From assembly GCA_964016885.1 (NCBI GenBank), contig OZ024743.1, positions 88,164,001 to 88,228,000 on the forward strand: DNA of 64,000 nucleotides, in the 5' to 3' direction. Position 1 is the first letter of the stretch. Every line of letters begins with the position of its first letter. The notes beneath the pieces were generated by a model, which had not been told where the DNA came from, did not search any database, and worked only from the letters and a program-made list of their open reading frames with translations. Source of the stretch: Eledone cirrhosa. Its lineage: Eukaryota. A program made the position numbers and the translations under genes. Shown in pieces: positions 56,341 through 64,000 of the stretch.

Positions 56341-58601
56341 CATTTATTGTACAGTACTGTACTGTACAATACCCCACTGTACATTATGGAATGTTCTAAA
56401 AATTACATTTGTAGATGTTCTCAGAATATAAAAAATGTTTTTTTTTTTAATTCCAAATAAAATGACAAGATTTACAATAAAAACTGTTATTACTATCATT
56501 ATTATTTTGCCTTTCATCCTTACGGGGTCGATAAAATAAAGTACCAGTAATGCACTGGGTGATTGCTGGCCTTGTGCCTAAAGTAGAAACAATTATTATA
56601 ATTATTATTATTATTATTATTATATGTATTGTCAGAAATTGTAGTGTACCAGGAGTAGTTTCATTATTTAGCTTAGCTTTAACTGTCTATATTCTGAGTT
56701 CAAACCCTGCCAAGGTCAAATTTACATTTCCTTTTCATAAGACCAATGAAATAGTCACATGCTGGGGTCAATGTAATTGACATTTGTGCCATATCGTCAA
56801 TTTACATCACTGATGATCTTTAACAAAGCCATCAATATTCTGCAATCACTCTGCTCCAGCTGTCTGCCCTTGTCCCCTATAAATATACAACTTCATTAGT
56901 CAGTTGTGGCCAGTTCACTCATAGTGACAGTATTACTATTACTTAGACTGGCATGAACACCACACAATCTCATCCTAAATCAGTTGACATAATAAATTTA
57001 TTCTCATTTCATAAATAGAAATATTCACTTCAAAATATAATTGAAATATATTCTTATTATTATTAAGAAATGAGGGTGGTGAATTAGCAGTATCGGTAGA
57101 GGGTCAGACGCCATGCTTTCCAGCATAGTTACGTCCCTTTACGGTCTGAGTTCAAATCCTGCCGAGGTTAACTTTGCCTTTCATCCTTACCGGGTTGATA
57201 AAATAAAGTACCAGTAATGTACTGGGTAATTGCTGGCCTTGTGCCAAAAGTAGAAACAATTATTATTAAGAATGAGGTTTAGGGCAGTGGATTGGCAGTA
57301 TCTGTAGGGCATCAGACAATAGTTTTGGCCCTTTATGTTTTGAGTTCATCCTTACAGGGATTGATAAAATAAAGTACCTGTAATGCACTGGGCTGATTTA
57401 ATCGACTTTTCCTATCCCTAAATTAGAAACAGTTATTAAGAATCAAGTTCTAATTCCACCAAGGTCAACTTTTCCTTTCATCTTTCTGGAATCAATAAAA
57501 TAACCCATGCAAGAGTGGAAAATGGACGTTAAACAATGATGATGATGATCAGTCACATACTGGGGCGGGGTCAATGTAATCAACTTTTCCCTCCCCACAA
57601 ATTGTTGGCCATGTAACAATGTTAGACAGAATTATTATTAAGAATCAGTAAAATCAGTAGAGCACCAGAGTTGGTAGAAGGCCAGAACAAAATTCCTTGT
57701 AGGATTTACTTACAGTTTTTACATACATTCTGAGTTGAAATTCTGCTAACATCAATTTTACTTTTCATCCTTGTCGGGTCAATAAAGTAAAGTCCCAGTC
57801 AAATACTCTGGGACTGATTTTATTTATACCTATGTTAGGAATTATTGATATTACTTAGTTACTTAATTAGATATGTAGGTAGATAATTAGGTACATACAT
57901 AGGTAGGTACTTGAGTACATAAGTAGGTAAGTATGTAGGGACATAGGTAGGCAGCTTTAACTGAAATGGTCAAATGAATTAAATATTTGAATATTCACTC
58001 ATGAGGTACTTTCGGTTTGTTTATGCTACATTACATCTCTTCAACAGTTAGGATTGGTACCAGTCATCTGTGATAGGTACTAGAGGTCTATGATCGGTGT
58101 CAAATGTTTGTGATAGATGCCAGTGGTCTATATTAGGTACCAGATATCTATAATAGATACCAGATGTCTATAAGAGATACCAGATGTTTATGATAAGTAC
58201 CAAACCTCTAAAGTAGGTATTTCTATGATAGGTACAAGACATTTAAGATATGTACCAGCTCTCTAGCTAGAATAGTTATATAGATACCAGTTATATATCA
58301 TAGGTAGCAGCTAATATTAAACAAAATAAGGCATTTCTAAAATTTTAATGAGTTTCTTTTGTTGTTGTTTTTTTGTTTTTATGTTTTTCATTTTATTTAC
58401 TATCTGTTATTTTTATTTTACTTTTAGTTACATTTATATATGTGTATATAGTATGAGTGTGTATATATATGTGTGTGTATATATATGTGTGTGTATGTGT
58501 ATATGTCTATGTGTGTGTGTATATATATGTGTGTGTATGTGTATATGTCTATGTGTGTGTGTATATATCTGTATATGTGTGTGTGCATATGTATATATAT
58601 G

Positions 58602-58639
<38 letters not shown>

Positions 58640-58661
58640 CATATATGTATATATATATGTA

Positions 58662-58707
<46 letters not shown>

Positions 58708-59573
58708 ATGGATGCAGACAAAGCTGAATAATTAGGAAGTTCACTTTCCATCATGGCATTTTGGATCAAGTATCTTGTACCATATAACCTTGGACTAGGA
58801 AATTGGCTAGATGGAGACTGTGGGATGGACTGTACCAGTGATACAATGGTGCAGTATTGTGTCATGCTGGTGCGGCATTAGAATTACATTAGGAGTAAAA
58901 ATGCATGTGCAGTACTCAGCAACTTACACAGTTAATTGTTTAACTGATGCTCGTCATTGAAACCAACAAATGTATGTATACATATATCTATATATGTGTG
59001 TGTGTCTTGATATATCTGTGTATACACATACTTGTGAGTGTGTTTGTGTATATATATATGTATAAAAATGTATCATGCTAACATTTCGAGGCCCCCATCC
59101 CATCTGCCAGTTCCTGTCTACAACAAAGAAAGAATTCATAAAATATTACAAGCCAAACCTGATTGTTGGGTAGTGACATTCTCTGTGTGCAGCTGCTGAG
59201 GAAACTAAACAGAAGAAAGTGAAAGTGAAACAAGACACGCCCCCCCCCCCTCCCCCGCCCCCAGATAATATATTTATGAATATGAAGAACAAGAAGGAGA
59301 GCAACAATACAACATCAATTACAACAAGAAAATAACTTTTAAAAAAAACAAATATGTAATTCATTGATCTTATTATTATGTTATTTGTCTATTTTCTTTC
59401 CATTATTTTTATTATTTTTGTTTGTTTTTACTTTGTACGAATTATTATAATGAGGTTTGTCACTGTTACCTCCCTCAGCAGAGGTAACAAACATAAGTAA
59501 CAACAAAGGTATTGAGTAAATATATATATATATATATATACATATATATATACCTCACTCCAGTTTCTCCTCA

Positions 59574-59605
<32 letters not shown>

Positions 59606-59614
59606 GTTATGTTA

Positions 59615-59645
<31 letters not shown>

Positions 59646-59892
59646 CAAATTTAATCATAACATATATATTATTGAATTATATATATATATATATAAATTT
59701 TTTCCTGAGTTCAGTCTTTTTCGTCGCTATGGTCACTGCGGCCCGTTTATCGGTCGGTGTATTCGATTTGCAGAGGTAAACGTAATGTTATAACTCTAGG
59801 GTAATATACCCTATTGAGTGCTTAGCTGCACACCGAGACTGCATACATTAGCTTCGCTGCAACCAGAGCTTCGTTGATGCTGTACTAAATTT

Positions 59893-59927
<35 letters not shown>

Positions 59928-59977
59928 ATATATATGCATATGCATAATTGTCACATGTATATGCATTATATATTTGA

Positions 59978-60010
<33 letters not shown>

Positions 60011-60298
60011 ACTACTTTAACAGAGAGTGAAGGGGTGTGCCCATGTCCCAATTTTTCAGGGCCACTGAAACTGATTGGAGGAGGGATTTATTCTCAAACT
60101 GGTGACCATTTCCAAATTTTTATGATAGAGGGAATTCCATTAAGTAACCAAATGCACCAAAATATACTGTGGTAGTGTTAAACATAGGAACGGATAAAAA
60201 CCTACCACAAACTTTTCCTAGACACATACATACCTATATACATATATATTTATATATACATGTATATATGTATATATACATATATATATACATATATA

Positions 60299-60746
60299 TG
60301 AAGGCACGACTGTGATCAAGTTTAAACCATTTTGATAAAGATTTTTCTTGAAATATTACTGTATTACTGAATCTAGGAATACTATTGTTCCAAAATAGAA
60401 AAAAATATATATATACTAGAGGAATACAACTCATACAGGCTTGTCCCCTATCTTCCTTTGTTGTCGAACTCTTCTTTTGTCATAAATGAATCTCAAATAC
60501 TCTTTGCTTTTCTCAAGACTTTATTTCTGAAGCAATGACTAAACAAGTTCTCAGTGCTTCTGTGTCCATGAGAAAGCCATTTGCAAAGTGATGAAAGGAC
60601 TTTGATGTCTAGCAAAGAAGAATTCCACAACAAAGGGAGATAAGGGACAAGCCTGCATGAGTCGTATTCCTCTATATAGTACTAAGGAAATATGAAAAAT
60701 CTTTAAAAAAAAGAAATGTTAAACTCCAATGAAGTCGTGTCTTCAA
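60299..60746. mobile_element. Diverged foldback/MITE-like inverted repeat
   Basis: gaggaatacaactcatacaggcttgtccc...ctttgttgt (about 60418-60465) is complementary to acaacaaagggagataagggacaagcctgcatgagtcgtattcctc (about 60627-60672); outer gaaggcacgact/agtcgtgtcttc. Confidence 0.6.
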
Positions 60747-61089
60747 TATAACATGTTTGAAAGTGTAGCTGTTCCCTAAATAAACAATTATATTTCTATA
60801 TACAAATATATGTTTATATATATATATACATATCTATGTACATATATATATACATATGTGTGTGTACATGTATGTAATATATGTATATATATATACATAC
60901 TTACATATAATATATATATATATACATGTGAATTTCTCTTTACTATATATTTTGTTAGTAACAATTTAATATTACATTGTATTATTCATATTTTTAATCG
61001 ATGTTCATAATTTAACCATATCAAAAAATATGTATATATAAATATATATACATATACCTTTCTATGTATATTTCTATATTTATAAATTC

Positions 61090-61136
<47 letters not shown>

Positions 61137-61233
61137 CACATACATACATACATATACATTATATGTGTATGTATATACATATACATATACATATATATAT
61201 GTATTATATATATATATATATATATATACATAT

Positions 61234-61268
<35 letters not shown>

Positions 61269-61489
61269 GACAAATGTGTATATATGTAAACTGGCAGGGG
61301 TGGGGTAGTTTTTATTCTTTTTGTTGTTATTTGTTGTGGAAGATTCTGTTGGGGGAATATATTTCAATGTTTGCCAGGAAAAGTGTATTATCCCTGAGTC
61401 ACAATAGTGGTATCCATGTATTTCATGTTACATACTGCCATGTTTGTGATTCAATGTGTGACATACCATAGATTTTTTATTGTTTTTTT

Positions 61490-62400
61490 TTCTCTAACAC
61501 AGTATGTGAAATACAGTCTGTGTTATGCTGAAATCTTTGTAACACAGTATGTGACATAAAGTTTATGTTACACTAGATTTGAAAGGTTGTGTAATGTAGT
61601 GTTGTGGTCACAGTAAAGGCTGTGAGTGTAACACAATGTGTTATACTCACATAAAGTTTACACAAATATTTAGTGATAGTGTGACAGTGTGTTTGCATTA
61701 CACTAACATTAAGTGAATGGTGTAACATAATGTTGGTGTTACACTAGAGTTTAGCAATAGTGTGACATAGTCTTGGTGTTACAGTATATAGTAATATTAT
61801 TTAAAATACAGTTGATGTTACATTAGAATTTTGTAAGCAAGTAACATATTGTTTGTGTTACACTGAAGTTTTGTACCGATCTCACATACTATCGGTGTTA
61901 CACTACTTGTGCCTGTTGGTCCTATGTTACATTTTATTGCTGTTACACCAGAATTTAATGATCATATGCATAACAGCTTATGTAACAAATTATTGGTGTT
62001 ATACAACAATTGTGTAACGTTCTGTAACAGGATAGTGTAACAAATGTTTGCTGTTACCTTATACAGTTTTATAAAATGTATAACAAAGATGTTTGTGTTA
62101 CATAACAGTTTGGTGACATTGTGTAACAAATGAGCTGTTTACATAACTGTGTGGTGACATTATGTAACCAGCAATATCTGTTACACAACAGTTTTGTGAC
62201 ATTGTGTAACCAGTGGTGTGTGCTATATAACAATTTTGTGACACTGTTTAATAGGAGGTCTGTGTTACATAAAAATATTTCCACAGTTAGCCTGATCAGT
62301 TGTTACCTATAAAGCAATAACAACCATCAGGTTGTGACACAGAGCCTCATGTTACACATGTTACAAAGGTTATCAGTTACATCTGTATTGTATTGTAATA
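61490..62400. repeat. Old degenerate tandem repeat rich in tgtaac/gttaca
   Basis: Recurring gtgtaaca...tgtgttacac motifs. Confidence 0.6.
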
Positions 62401-64000
62401 ATGATGTGTGGGTTCTGGCACAAATAAACCAGTTTCTCAGCTAGTGGACAGAGTTGAAATGGACAGTCTAGTGACCAAAAGTGAGCACTATGTCAGTGAG
62501 AATGACCACCAATGACCTTGGTTCTCTAACTTATTTGTCTGATCAGATGGTGGTATAATATATATATATATATATTATTTTATAACACTGGGTGTGGTCA
62601 TTTAATAAGGATGGTCTGGTCAGTTTAACTGACCATATGTAGAATGAGAGGTAAATTCACTTTATACTCATGTGGTGTTGGGGGGGAGATGGCCAAGCAA
62701 TAGAAGATGTGTGTTTGAAGACCCACTTTTTCTATGTTTGTTAGAAAGGTGTGTGTTGATATGGACAAACCAATGACCTCTCACTGACCACTGCATTTCT
62801 GGTTACCTTCGGAAAGTAGTGGAGACGATATAATTATAATAATAATAAATTACCATTATAAATCTAAATGTAAAAGACAGTCCAACTGCCACAGCAACAG
62901 AATCAGTGGTGGTGGTCACTTGTGTCCACTGTATATCTGAAGGTGGTCACTAGAGAAATCAAATGGCAAAAACAAAATCTGATCCAACAGAACATTGCAT
63001 TATATTACCTTTCTTTCCATTTCTTTCACCATCTTGTTTCCTGGATCAAATCCAGTTGTTGGTAGTGCAGGGTATGCTATTAGTGGGGCTAGGGCAGCTA
63101 TTCCAGTTTACACTACGGAAATTCTTCAACACTTAAATTTTCAATTAATTATTATTATTGTTGTTGTTGTTGATGGTGGTGGTGTATGAATGCATATATA
63201 TGTGTGTGTCTATGTAAGTATGTGTATACATGTATGTATGTATATATGTAAGTATATATGTGTATGTATCTATGTGAGTATTTAGGTGATGTATATGCGT
63301 GTATATGTGTGTATTTGTCTATAAAGTGAAGGCATGTGGCTTTGTGGTTAAGGAATTTGGCTCGCAATCATAAGCTCATGAGTTTGATTCCTAGTGCCAT
63401 ATTGTGTCCTTGAGCAAGACACTTTGTTTCACGTTGCTCCAGTCCACTCAGCTGGAAAAAGTGAGTTGTACCTGTAATTTGAAAGGTCAGTTTTGTCAAA
63501 TTCTGTCATGCTGAATCTCCCTAAGATCTACGGTAAGGGTATGAATGTCTGTAGAATGCTCAGCCACTTGCACGTTAATTTCATGAGCAGGCTGTTCCAA
63601 TGATCAGATCAACTGGAACACTCGTCGTCGTAACCGACGAAGTGGCAATTATGTGGTTAACTTTGCCTTTCATCCTTATGGGGTCGATAAAATAAAGTAC
63701 CAGTAATGCACTGGGTAATTGCTGGCCTTGTGCCTAACGTAGAAACAATTATGTGTATCTATGTATATATGTAAGTATGTATGTGTATGTATGTGAGTAT
63801 TTATGTATATGTGTGTATATATGTGTGATTCAAGAGTGGTACAGGTAACATGTAAACCAGTACAACTTGTTGCATGGTTGGCTTGTTGACGTCTTAACTG
63901 ACAAACCCATCAAGCCTGTTTGGTGAGGACGGGAATTTTCAGGATACCCTACAGGATGTAAAGCAAAACCTGTCAAAGGAGAGAGGAACTCATAAGAATC

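Overview
AT-rich, repeat-dense animal genomic DNA. The SINE families and (TA)n/(CAT)n content suggest a cephalopod, probably Octopus (inference from recalled repeat sequences). One protein-coding gene can be assembled by hand on the + strand: an otopetrin (OTOP/OtopLc-like proton channel) with 9 phase-compatible GT-AG exons from about 20773 to 53231, giving about 629 aa. The 5' exons are less certain. The rest is tandem arrays (68, 23, 48, 33, 41, 24 bp units), tRNA-derived SINEs, a CR1-type LINE fragment, an Hsmar2-like mariner remnant, a solo LTR, MITEs and palindromes. Almost all listed ORFs are repeat artefacts. Most notable: several Penelope-type minimal hammerhead ribozyme motifs; minisatellites repeatedly born from the same SINE segment, from a CRE-like retrotransposon ORF and from the gene's own splice junctions; an intronic array of about 65 perfect 5' splice-site decoys; and substitutions at two normally conserved otopetrin residues.
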